Positions 25,244 through 36,902 of a DNA stretch of 64,000 bases are shown here, in pieces (position 1 is the stretch's first letter; every line of letters starts with the position of its first letter). The notes beneath the pieces were generated by a model. The model did not search any database. It had not been told where the DNA came from and saw only the letters and a program-made list of their open reading frames with translations. Both the position numbers and the translations under genes were made by a program. Origin of the DNA: Anolis carolinensis (lineage: Eukaryota); contig NC_085842.1 of NCBI RefSeq assembly GCF_035594765.1, positions 30,232,782 through 30,296,781 on the forward strand. Direction: 5' to 3'.

Positions 25244-26725
25244 ACAATCTATAGATTAAATGAATCTATAGTCCAGTTCAAATCAAATTATCTGGATTTT
25301 ATATAGCAGTGTAGAAGGGTCCTGAGACCAAAGGTTGCTCACCTATGCACTCCACGCACAATAATAGGAGACAACTCATGTGTTTCATGGCCTATTTTCT
25401 TTGGCATGTATCTCTTACTTGTAATATTGTATAAATGCCTCTTTCCAGCCATGATTTCTATATCAGAGCCAGAACTTTGGTGGTGTACTGTGTCGTTAAT
25501 TTTAATGTTGTAATTTTAAAAAATATTCTATTTTCTATGTAAAATAGAAAATAAAATGTTAAACATCTGCCTAATGAATGAGAAAGGATTAATTAACAAC
25601 TGTTTAAATTGTTTTGGTTCCAAACAGCAGTTCAATAATTGATATATTACACTATGTAACATGATTTTTGTTCCTGGGTTATAAATGTCATTTCCTAGTT
25701 GGTTCTATCATGAAAACATGGGGAAAGTTTATTAAACTGCAAAAAAATTGTTTTTGCAGGACACCTGCGGCACATTTTGCTATAGCTTTTCATTGAATAT
25801 CTCCTAGAGTTTCTACCAATGCAACATAGTTTGTGGCGGCCACAAAAAGCAAAATTTCTGGAGGAAAGCAACTACTTTCAAAATATGGAATGCACAATTA
25901 AACAGGAAATAACATTTTCAAACCAGGAAAATAATTTATTTCATATTTTGTTGCATAGTGTTATCAGTTTCATGGAATTGCAGGTTCATGTGATAAAATC
26001 CCAAATGTGTGTGGTGTGTGTGTGTGTGTGTGTGTATTGGGAGGGGGGTGTCAGCTCAGCCCTGGGTTGTGTCATTCATCCATGGGGATCTGGGGCAATC
26101 CTGGTCAAGTTTGTGGTTCAGGGGACCATTTTTACTACTTGTTGGGGAGGCGTATTGGCATCTATCACATCAAAGGATATTATGCTTTTCTCTACTGCAA
26201 TCCACCTAGAAACCATAGAATTCATTCAGCTTGTTACCACTTTAGATACTATGGTTCAATGCTGTGAAATCATGTGAAAGTCATAGTTCAGCAAGGCACC
26301 AGAACTATTTGGCAAAGAAGGCGAAGACTGTGTAAAACCACAACTCCTATGATTTCATAGCATTGAGTCATGGCACTTAAAGTGGTATCGAACTGCATTA
26401 ATTCCATAATGTAGATGCACCTCTGGAATTCTAGCCAGTTCCAACTCAGAATGTAACATCAAATGGCCTTTTACCATATTTTTTAAAAGAGAATTTCTTC
26501 TGGCAGTCATTTGGCTGGTCAGATGGAACCATTTATTGATTTCTCCTAAATGATTTCCAACCAGTGGGAAGAAAGCATGAAATGATCAAGGCCATGTTTA
26601 GAAGTGCTCCCACCTGCTTCTGGCCTCCATTCACCTTTTATCAGTCATGGGATGACAAGCATGTGATAATGCTGTGAATTATAACTGCTGCCGGTTTAGG
26701 TACTGTTCCATTATCTAGTGCCACC

Positions 26726-26980
26726 AGGAGGGGCACTAGAGAGAGAAGGGTTGTCCCATTTATGGGGTGGAGTTGAAGGAGGAAAACCAATTCCCCCATT
26801 TTCGCTGGTCATCCCTCCCTGCTTCCCATATCATAAAGGATGGGGGTTTTTTTTCCACAATGGGGTCATGGGTGGGGGAAATAACAGGAAAACAGTGGGA
26901 AATGGTTTTCCTCCTTCAACCCACCATCCACCTTCTTCTTTCAATCAAAGAAGGACAATCCTTCTTTCTCTAGCGCCCCT
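26726..26980. mobile_element. TIR-bounded element at the junction between the two duplicated units
   Basis: ggggcactagagagagaagggttgtcc vs ggacaatccttctttctctagcgcccc inverted repeats. Confidence 0.6.
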
Positions 26981-27192
26981 GATAGTCTCCATCTGGATAA
27001 TGGAAAAGATCCTGGTTCGAAAAATCACCAAAATTAACATGTCCCCTTAGTTGCTGACCTCTTTTATTTATTTATGGACTGGGAAGCTATAGTAGAAGAG
27101 CTGATATAATACTTTCAAGCTACCATTCATGATTTCAAAGAGTTTCAAATAGTCTCTTTTTATGTATTAAAACGAGATTCTGAAAATGTCTT

Positions 27193-27727
27193 TGTTGGAA
27201 ATAGCAACCTTCTTCAAGCCTCCACTAGTAATTTGGTTTGTATATGATTCTGATTGCTTACTGTATTGTATAGATATTGTACATGTATGTTTTGGTATGC
27301 AGCTTTACTCTATGTTTCTTGAGGTTGTAGGAGGGCTGCAGACCATATGATCAGGTCTGGGACTGCTGAGATCTCAGACTCTACTTTAGAACACAGAGAC
27401 GCCACAAGACTTTGGACTGTTAAGAGCAAACTCATGTTGCTGTTGATTGTAAGAAATATGCCCTGTGTTATCTGCACAGAGTTACTACTTCAAATCTTAT
27501 CTGTAACTGGATTGACAAGTTATGTACCTGTAGGCTGAATCCATGAAGGTTGTGAGTAAACCAGATATGTTATTTTTAACAAAGTGGACTTTATTTTTGT
27601 CTCTTGAGAGACATGATATAGAAACAAGATTGTATAGGAGAGTAGATGTTTTTGGGCACTGAAAAGAACATTTCTGAAGAATTGCTATATTTTATGCATC
27701 AGAGACAACTCGGTTATCAGTCTAACA
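27193..27727 (+). mobile_element. Possible solo LTR in the 3' UTR of gene 3
   Basis: tgttgga...tctaaca inverted termini; starts exactly where homology with copy A breaks; no TSD found. Confidence 0.5.
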
Positions 27728-28017
27728 ACTGAAAATCAAATTGCCTTACATAAGTATATGTGGATATATACCACTGAAGAGAATATTTTACTCAAACTAG
27801 TTTTTGGCTCTTCTCTGAAAGATCATACTTTTACAAAAGGTTATGATTTTCAAATGGCTGTGAAAGTGAATGCCATTTTCTCCCAAAGGTTATGATCGCT
27901 ATGATCTTCCATTGCAAAGTATAAATGCCACAGAAGAATTCTTATAATGGAGCTCCACTTCAGGGTTGAAGTAACAGAGAAGGTGACTTGATGCTGCTAA
28001 GAAACATCTCTGAAGTT

Positions 28018-28067
28018 TCATTGATTGCCAGAAATTCCACTGGTGGGAATGTCCTCCATTTCAGAAT
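28018..28067 (-). CDS. Cholinesterase-like gene 3, last coding exon (D)SEMEDIPTSGISGNQ*
   Basis: Same acceptor, frame and TGA as gene 2. Confidence 0.8.
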
Positions 28068-28524
28068 CTGGAAAACAATTACATAAATTCAAGAAAAACA
28101 GGTCTTGATTGAATTACAATCTGCCAAGGCACTTTGATACCTCAGTAAAAATCATGGAATTTACTTGTCACCACCTATACTAGCCTCAATATTGACAAAT
28201 CAACAAGATAAAATCCCACCTGCTTTCCTTTCTGTTGTTTTGATTGTGAAGTGCTCCCTACCTGACTGTCTCTTAGGACCCTTCTACGCTGTCGTATAAA
28301 ATCCAGATTATCTGCTTTGATCTGGATTATATGGCAGTGTAGACTCATATAATCCAGTTAAAAGCACATAATCTGATAATTTGCTTTGATAATCTGGGTT
28401 ATATGGCAGTGTAGACCCCGTCACAGTGTGATGATTGCAGGCTATAAGCACTGGATTCCTAGCAAACTAAGAAAGCAGGTTTTTCTGCAGATTGTTTATG
28501 GGATGATATCAGGTGCCTCTAGAG

Positions 28525-29225
28525 CAGGGGTCCCCAAACTTTTTAAACAGAGGGCCGGTCCACAATTTTTCAGACTGTGGAGGGGCCGAATTATCATTTG
28601 AAAAAAAAAATTCCTATGCATACTGCACATGTCTTATTTGTAGTGCAACAACAACAACAACAACGAAAGAACAATACAATATTTAAAAATGAAAACAATT
28701 TTAACCAACATAAACCTATTACGATTTCAATGGAAAGTGTGGGCCTGCTTCTGGCCAATGAAATAGTCAAGTTAATTAGAACTGTTGTTGTTGTGTGCCT
28801 TCAAGTCATTTCAGACTTTGGCTGAGCCTAAGTCTAAAATTAATTATTTATTTACTGCATTTATTTACTACATTTATATCCCACCCTTCTCACCCCGAAG
28901 GGGACTCAGAGCAGCTGTATGTACATACAATATATTATATTATTAGCATAACACAATATTAGCATTATATATTACTATATTGAACTATACCACTATACTA
29001 TTATATAATATGTAATATATAACATACAATTAATATTATTATATGGTATTACTATTAGTATTATATTGTATAACATAAGATTATTATCAATATTATATGT
29101 ATTACAATATATTATATTATTAAAACTGATATAAAAATATTATATTATAAAACTGAGGTCGGGGGCCAGGTAAATGACCTTGGAGGGCCGCATCCGGCCC
29201 CCGGGCCTTAGTTTGGGGACCCCTG
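28525..29225. mobile_element. Non-autonomous hAT element
   Basis: TIR caggggtccccaaact, exact TSD ctctagag. Confidence 0.9.
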
Positions 29226-29233
29226 CTCTAGAG

Positions 29234-30214
29234 CAACGTCTCTCAACCTGGGGGTCAGGATCCCTGGAAGAATCGCGAGGGGGTTTCATAGGGGCCGCCA
29301 AAGACCATCAGAAAACACATATTTCTGGTGGTCTTAGGAACCCCTTTGGCAGAGAAGGCTGAAAATCTCTCCGACTGTCCTCTTCCTTTTTGGAACCAGA
29401 CGGTGAATCCTCCCACCAAAAGCTCTCCTCTGCTGTGTTCAAATTTGGGCATATTGAGTATTCGTGCCAAGTTTGGTCCAAACCCATCATTGTTTGAATC
29501 CACAGTGCTCTCTGAATGTAGGAGAACTACAATTCCAAAACTCAAGGTCAATGCCCACCAAACCTTCCAGTATTTTCTGTTGGTCATGGGAGTTCTGTGT
29601 GGGAAGTGTGGCCCAATTCTATCGCTGGTAGGGTTCAGAATGCTTTTTGATTGTAGGTGAGCTATAAATCTCAGTAACCACAACTCCCAAGTAACAAAAT
29701 CAATCCCCCCACCAACCCAACCAGTATTCAGATTTGGGCGTATCGGGTATTTGTGTCAAATTTGGTCCAGATCCATCCTTGTTTTGGTTCACAGTGCTGT
29801 CTGGATGTAGGTGAACTACATCTCCCCTAAATCACTGTCAATTCCCCCAAACCTCTCCAGTATTTTCTGCTGGTCATGGGGATTCTATGTGCCAAGTTTA
29901 GTCCAGGTCTGTCATTCGTGAGGGTCTCAGTGGTCTGTGGAAGTCAGAGCTGATTCGATTGAAGGTACTGCAAATCTGTCACCTATTGTCCACACTCCCC
30001 AAACATATTGTTTTTGTGATCACTATGCTTTAAATATGTTCAATTTGTATCAATGAAAATACATCCTACGTATCAGATATTTACATTACAATTCATAACA
30101 GTAGCAAAATTACAGTTATGAAGTAGCAATGAAAATAATGTTATGGTTGGGGGTCACCACAACGTGAGGAACTGTGTCAAGGGGTCATGACATTAGAAAG
30201 TTTGAGAACCACTG
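29234..30214. mobile_element. Older non-autonomous hAT element
   Basis: Ends caacgtctctcaac / gtttgagaaccactg; decayed TSD ctctagag/atctagat. Confidence 0.75.
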
Positions 30215-31496
30215 ATCTAGATAGTCTCTGTTACTTGACTGATTTTTCCCTCTCAACTCTTCATTTATTTTCTTGAGTCAATCAATGCATGTGAGATGCT
30301 TTGCTTCAGTGCCCCCCATCCCAAATGTTTCTGCTTAATTTTTTTCTCCATCACCCACTGCTTAAGAGAGAGTTTCTAATAACAGCTTGGTCTGTTTTCC
30401 GTCCATCTCAACACCTCATCAGCCTTGTTGCTATACAACTGAAATGCTTACCATTTGTCATCTGAGATTATTACTCCAACATAAGTTTCAGAGACATGGT
30501 AAGTGTCCACTGCATTTTTCCAACTAGTAAACAGAACAAGTCTAAAAGCAAGATTTTTTTCTTCTTCTTGAAACTGGCAAATATATCAGATATCAGTAAG
30601 TGGAGATATCAACAGAAGACGCCAGTAGGGAGATAAAGGAATACTTCAGTTTGAAGACTAGAGATTCTCAATTCTACTGTTAAATACAGCCATCACAACC
30701 CATCCTGCCTGTTTGACACTGAAATGTGAAGTCTCCAATAATGTCCAGGCTTCCTAAAGAAAATTTTCTCACTTTCCTAGTACCCCCAGCTACTTATTAG
30801 GCTTTTTCCTGCATGCTTTCCCCTGTCTCCCCCATTATTATTAGGGATAGTGTACCAGCCCAGTGTTGACAAATGGGAGTAGCATAGTGACCAATCTCTT
30901 CCCTTCTCCCAGTCATTAATATCCATAATGATCAATATCCAACAAAGACCTTTCTTTGTTCATTTGTAATTACTTTAGTTTGCTCTAGCAAAGTGTATAC
31001 AGTAGACCTTCCAATTTTCTAAGGATAGGATTATAACACCCTGTGAAAGTGGGAAGGCCACAATTTTTTTAAAAAGTGAAATGCTATTTTTTTTTACTTA
31101 GGAGAACACCTCTCTAGAAATCTCTAAGTCCTCCAGTGCAGTAGCTAACCATAAAATCATCCTAGAGAAACTACAAATGTCTAGAAAATTGTTTTCTCTC
31201 AGATCTCTGGACCATAGGGCTGCTCTGGAGGACCTAGAGATTTGTGGAGAGAACATATTAAGCAAATCTGCAAAAGGTAAGTCTGCAAAAGTGGAGGGCT
31301 GACTGTAAACTTTTACATGTTTGCAATGGCCTTGCCAATATCCTAGTTATTTGGTGACTATTATGTAACCATGTATAGATGTGAATTCATGTACTGTGTG
31401 TCAACAAAGACATCATGAGCAGCGTGTCTAACATTTAAATCACATCTCACAGGATAAGAGGATAAGCCAGCTAGGTGTCTCTTCCACGCCACTTAC

Positions 31497-31636
31497 CTCT
31501 GGGTTCCAGCCAGTCCCAGATTCCACAATACAGAGTGGGTGACATTTCCTTTGCCTCGGATCCCTCTATGTCGATGCGGAAGAAATTCTGTCCTGTAAAG
31601 ATAGGCCAGTCTTGGGCATTTTCCTCATTAGGAGAC
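31497..31636 (-). CDS. Cholinesterase-like gene 3, second coding exon (G)SPNEENAQDWPIFTGQNFFRIDIEGSEAKEMSPTLYCGIWDWLEPR
   Basis: cacag acceptor, gtaagt donor, 140 bp. Confidence 0.9.
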
Positions 31637-31946
31637 CTGTGAGGGAAGAAAATCTTACTTGTCATGGGAAAGAAAAAATGGGGGAGAAAAGTGGAGATAA
31701 TGGTGCAGTTGCCAAATCTTCCTAAGTCTACCTAATGCCATGTCTACAAAGTAAACGTGTCCAACCTATAAAACTGCCAAGTCCAAAATCTAAAATCAAT
31801 CATTCAATTCACTATGTTCTTGTTGTTCTGTGCCTTTAAGTCATTTCTGACCTATGGTGATCCTATGGCAAACCTTATCCCAGGGTATTCTGGAGCTGAG
31901 AATACATAACTTGCCCTTAATCATCCAGTGGACTTCCATAACTGAC

Positions 31947-32096
31947 GGCACTTCCACACAGCCACATAACCAAGAATATCAAGGCAGAAAATCCCACAAT
32001 TTCTGCTTTGAACTGGGTTATCTGAGTCCACACTGCCATATATTCCAGTTCAAAGCTGAAAATGTGGGATTTTATTCAGCTGTATGGAAAGGCCCT
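31947..32096. mobile_element. PIF/Harbinger MITE specific to copy B
   Basis: TGA duplication; empty site at ~18246 in copy A. Confidence 0.8.
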
Positions 32097-32585
32097 GAAT
32101 AAGGACTTGAACCCTGGTTTCTGGAGTTGCTGTACAACATTCAAATCATTTCGCCACAGTGGCTCTCTCCAAGCAATCCATGTAACATCAATGAGCATTT
32201 GTTTAGTATTTGCCATGATAAACACATTACAGAGTAGTATGATCTCATCTACCAGATTGGCCAAAGACTGTCCAAATTGACCTGTTTGAGTATCTGTGAA
32301 GCTATCTAAGGCCAACTTTCTAAGGCAATCAGTGCGCATTTCCAAGTGCTTTGCAAAATGTGGCTTCTCAAGGACCTGAGTTGTATTTCAGCGATTTGTT
32401 TTCAAAACCACCACCCAGAAACACAGCTCAAAATTCAAATGAAGACAAGAAGCTAGCTCTCCATCTATAGAAAAGGAAGCAAGTCAAGTTGGATCCTGAT
32501 ATTTGGAAAAGGAGGCAATTGCAAGAGGTTGAAAAGGGAGGAACAGAGGAGGCATCTAGAATATTAAGTGCAAGAGATCACTTAC

Positions 32586-34063
32586 CCAGTTCTCACAAAC
32601 TGTCCCCAATACCGCATAACTCTTTGGCTCAATATTTTCTCAGCCTCTGGATCGGTCAAATTGCTTCGTGTCAGAGACAGTATGTTACCAACCATATAGG
32701 GCAGCTCAGCACAATGGGTTGCCCCAATCCAGTCAGGGGCACCTGCATAGGGGGGATGGTGTGTGAATACGTAGGCAAAAACAGGGCTTCCAGCCTTTGC
32801 CATCTGGGTGGCCACTTCAGCCACGGAACACAAGAACATATGGTCCCCTGCAGCTTTGACCATTGCATTGCGGTATCGCTCTTTTCCGTTGTTCCCCAGG
32901 GTATACAGGAATGCTGCAGCCTGAATGGCACACTGGGAAGCCTTGGGTGCCACAAGCCGGAGACCCTGCAGTAACTGCTTGTGATTGATCAGGCTCTCAT
33001 TAGATATACTTAAACCGGGAGCATTATCCATGAGGAAAAGTGTGCCCTCCTCCGTGGTGAAGCCAGTCAAGATGGGCTTAAGTGGGAAGCTTCTGGCTTC
33101 CAGAAGATTCCTGGGGTCATCTGGAAGGAATTCCCCATCTGTTGTTGGTACAAAGATAGTTGTTATCAGGTTCCTTGGCTCAGTACCAGGTAGCTTCCGC
33201 ATAACCTCTCCTGGATCCTTTCTCTGCAAGCAGTTCACCACACCTTTGTCATCATTCTCCGCACAGCCCAACATCTGGCCTAGATGTCTCCCTCTGGCCT
33301 TGGCCTCCTCAGGACTCACCCAGGCCCAGGGGGAAATGGCAGCCCCGCTTTGTAAAGTGGCCTGAGCAAAGACGGGTTGGCTCACTGGTGACAGAAGGTG
33401 GAAACCGACGGATGCACTCCCAGCACTTTGACCTCCTAGGGTGAGCCGAGTGGGATCCCCACCAAAGGCAGCAATGTTGTCCTTCAACCAATGCAATGCC
33501 AAGTGTTGGTCCCACAAGCCAGCATTCCCCGGAGCACCTGGAGGCAGAGCTAGAAAGCCCAGTGCACCCAGGCGGTAGTTGAGGGAAGCCACAATGATGT
33601 TCTCAGTGGCAGCTAGCAGGCTTTTATCGTAAGAACCAGTGCCCATGAAAAAGCCACCTCCGTGGATCCAGACAAGGACAGCAGCTGGCCCCATAGGCAG
33701 GGGATAAGGCACCCAAATGTTGAGGAAAAGACAGTCCTCAGAGACCGAAGGGATGGGATCTGAGTCTAGCACCTGGTTATACCTGTAAGGATCAGAACTC
33801 TCTTGGTAGCAGGAATTGGCAAAGCTGGTGGCCTCCAGGATATGACTCCAAGGTTGATGGGGACGGGGCTTCTGGAAACGCAATTCTCCCACAGGAGGTT
33901 CAGCATATGGGATTCCCAAGAAAGCTGTCACCATCCCAGACTCTGTCATGATGTGTTTGCCCTGGATTGGGCCACTGCTAGTGACCACCACAGTATCTCC
34001 TCTAGAAGTAGAACCGGGATCCAGACAGAGGAGAAGGAGCAGGCAGAAAAATGCTTGAGACAT
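32586..34063 (-). CDS. Cholinesterase-like carboxylesterase gene 3, large coding exon (triad intact)
   Basis: HGGGF, GQSAG, TEEG, GATHCAE; ATG 34063 after acceptor at 34073-34072; donor at 32585. Confidence 0.95.
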
Positions 34064-34597
34064 CACAGCAACTGAAAATAAATTATTCTCAATGATTTAA
34101 TGGCAGATCAAATATGCTGCATGATTTGGGGTTTCTTCACCATCCCGCATTTTTAGATTGCAGCTCCCATGTCATTGGGTCAGTAGGACCTCTTCAAGAT
34201 TGTTGTTGTGTATCCTCCAGTCATTTCTAACTTATGACAATCCTAAGGAGAATTTATCATGGGATTTTCGTGGCAAAGAGGAAGGTTGCCTTCAAAGGGA
34301 GGTTGCCTTTGCCTAATTATGAAGCTGAGAGTGTAAAAAGTCACCCAGTGGTTTTACATGACTGAGTTAGGATTTGATTACAATTGCTGTAGTTCAACAC
34401 TAAAACTATTACACTATGTCAGTTCTCACCTTTGAAGGCACTATCCCTTTTTTTAGGAATAGGATTCAGTACCATTCATTCCTTGGATTCTCTGCTCCAT
34501 TGAAATAGGAGACATCAGTCACCAATGGTTCCCATAATCCTGCATATCATAAATTGGAGCCTTTGGCTTTTCAGAGGCAAACATTGCTAAGGCAATA

Positions 34598-34920
34598 CAG
34601 TAGAGTCTCACTTATCCAAGCCTCGCTTATCCAAGCCTCTGGATAATCCAAGCCATTTTTGTAGTCAATGTTTTCAATATATCGTGATATTTTGGTGCTG
34701 AATTCGTAAATACAGTAATTACAACATAACATTACTGCGTATTGAACTACTTTTTCTGTCAAATTTGTTGTATAACATGATGTTTTGGTGCTTAATTTGT
34801 AAAATCATAACCTAATTTGATGTTTAATAGGCTTTTCCTTAATCCCTCCTTATTATCCAACATATACGCTTATCCAAGCTTCTGCCGGCCCGCTTAGCTT
34901 GGATAAGTTAGACTCTACTG
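34598..34920. mobile_element. Tc1/mariner-type MITE (family A)
   Basis: TIRs plus TA. Confidence 0.9.
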
Positions 34921-35764
34921 TACTTAAGAATCTTAGAGCTTAGGAGAAACTGAGAATTGTCATTGACTTTCAGTCTTCTTCCAACAGCCAGACAACTATT
35001 TGTAAAGTTCGAAATAGAAATAAATAGAATTGGTCCTACGATAAAAGAGCTACCTTGGAGATTGGATTTTGAATGCCATAAAGGGACATATTTTTTTGTT
35101 GATCTTTAGTTTTCAATTGTACTTTTAATGACCACCAGTGAGAAGAGATCTGCTTCTTCATATACCAAAACTGCTTATTTGACCTTAGATAGGATGCATT
35201 TGGGCTTTTATTCTGAAATTGCCCAACCCATTCCCAGAACAGTGCAAGGGCACCCAGACGTAATTTGTGTGGTGTAGACATTTTACCTTTAGACCAGTGG
35301 TTCTCAACCTGGGGTCCCCAGATATTTTTGGCCTTCAACTCCCAGAAATCCTAACAGCTGGTAAACTGTCTAGGATTTCTGGGAGTCATAGGCCAAAAAC
35401 ATCTGGTGACCCCAGATTGAGAACCACTGCTTTATACCATGACTCTGGATAACAGGATTCAAATTCCTACTAGGGCATGAAACCCAATCAGTGAACTTGA
35501 GCAATCACATTCTCTCAGCCCATGAGAAAGACCAAAGGCCTTTCATTTATATTTTTAAAATATATGATTTATTGCTTATTTTACATAGACTTCAGAGGTT
35601 TCTCATTATTTTCATGCGACATGGCTACATGCTGCACCCGACACCCTAACATGCCATGACACCATTTGGAAAGCTCTGAATTAGAGATTCCTCATCATCA
35701 TATCACACATTCAACTGTTATGCATTTGGATGTCACACACAGAAGGGAGGAAATAAAGACTCAC

Positions 35765-35987
35765 CTCTTGTGTACAAAATGCAGAAGTGAATTGGAAATT
35801 CTCAGCCAAATTCACAGTTCGATCTAGAGAAATGTGGAACACCTCTTCTTTGGCAATATCCAAGAGAAACAAACATCCAGTCAGGGGTTATATGCAGCAA
35901 TATTTGCTCCTGAGTCAATAGTGTTTGTACTTGTGGAAAAGTCTTATCATGAGTGACTTAGTAAGCCCCAAGAATGAAGGCCAAAGC
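35765..35987 (-). other. Candidate 223-bp 5' UTR exon of gene 3
   Basis: Splice sites and length match 21017-21239. Confidence 0.55.
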
Positions 35988-36350
35988 CTACAAAAACAAA
36001 AGCTTCACATTATGATACCAAATAGTATCATAACATGAAAGGAAGTCTCAGGAGCAAATGTGGTCTCAGCTCCTGTGTAAGATTAATTATGAAGCATGTA
36101 AAATGTGCATTGAACAACACCTTGGACCTTGATTTGTGAGAACCTCAGAACATCTTTTAATGCTGAAAATCATAGAATACAGTATTGAAAGAAAGACCAA
36201 GGGTCGTTCAGTCCAATCTCGTTCTGCCATGCAGTCCTGACAGGTGGCCATCCAGCCTCTATTCGAAAACCTCCAGAGAAGGAGACTCCGCCATACCCTA
36301 TTCTGCTATTGAACAGCTCTTATAATCCTAATTGTAGGTGGAATCTACAG

Positions 36351-36902
36351 AGCAGAGCACTTGATGAACCAACCTGGACACAGTATATTATTTGAGAACA
36401 CAGAAATGCTTGACCACTCCAACAGCTATCATGTCAGACTACACAGAGAAGCCATTGAAATCCACACGCATGTGGACAATTTCAACAGAAAGGAGGAAAC
36501 CATGAAAATGAACAAAATCTGGCTACCAGTATTAAAAAACTCCAAAATCAGAACAGTAGATTGGAAGCAACACTCTGAGGGCAGAGGAGCCCCAGGGACG
36601 TCTAATTACTCTGAACAAAGGATGCCCCCCAGGCAAGAGACAAACCTTTCCAATGCTAATTAGGGTGATTAACTGCAACATTAACTGGCTTCCAACTGAC
36701 AAAGGACTCTTGTCACACCCTGGACTCTCCACAGATATATATTTACCTTCCTTGCCTAGTCTCTCCATGCCTCACAACCTCTGAGGATGCCTGCCATAGA
36801 TGTGGGCGAAACGTCAGGAGAGAATACTTCTGGAACATGGCCACACAGCCCTGAAAGACATACAACAACCCTTTGATCCCGGCCATAAAAGCCTTCGACA
36901 CG
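36351..36902 (+). mobile_element. Penelope-like element 3' end (GIY-YIG C-terminus plus pLTR)
   Basis: HLMNQPGHSILFENTEMLDHSNSYHVRLHREAIEI...FNRKEE, followed by pLTR with hammerhead. Confidence 0.9.
36778..36818 (+). ncRNA. Minimal type I hammerhead ribozyme (intact core)
   Basis: CCU-CUGAGGA-U-GCCUGC[CAUAGAU]GUGGGC-GAAAC-GUC-AGG; predicted cleavage after C36815. Confidence 0.8.

Larger units (their letters stand above)
21752..25322. mobile_element. PIF/Harbinger MITE split by three nested insertions
   Basis: Ends ccgtctacactg / cagtgtagaagggtcc, TGA duplication, empty site gaacc-tga-ga at ~37431. Confidence 0.8.
15281..26691. repeat. Tandem segmental duplication, copy A (gene 2)
   Basis: Collinear with 27025-38572 across 3' UTR, exons, introns and upstream DNA, interrupted by copy-specific TEs. 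Confidence 0.85.

Noticed and set aside
25335-25345. Conserved splice donor for a first exon of genes 2/3
   Set aside because: The ag|gtgagc string is part of an old hAT MITE terminus, so its presence in both copies is uninformative
3541-34063. Assigning ACHE, BCHE or NLGN symbols
   Set aside because: No FGESAG motif, WAT tail or TM/PDZ tail; orthology cannot be supported without a tree
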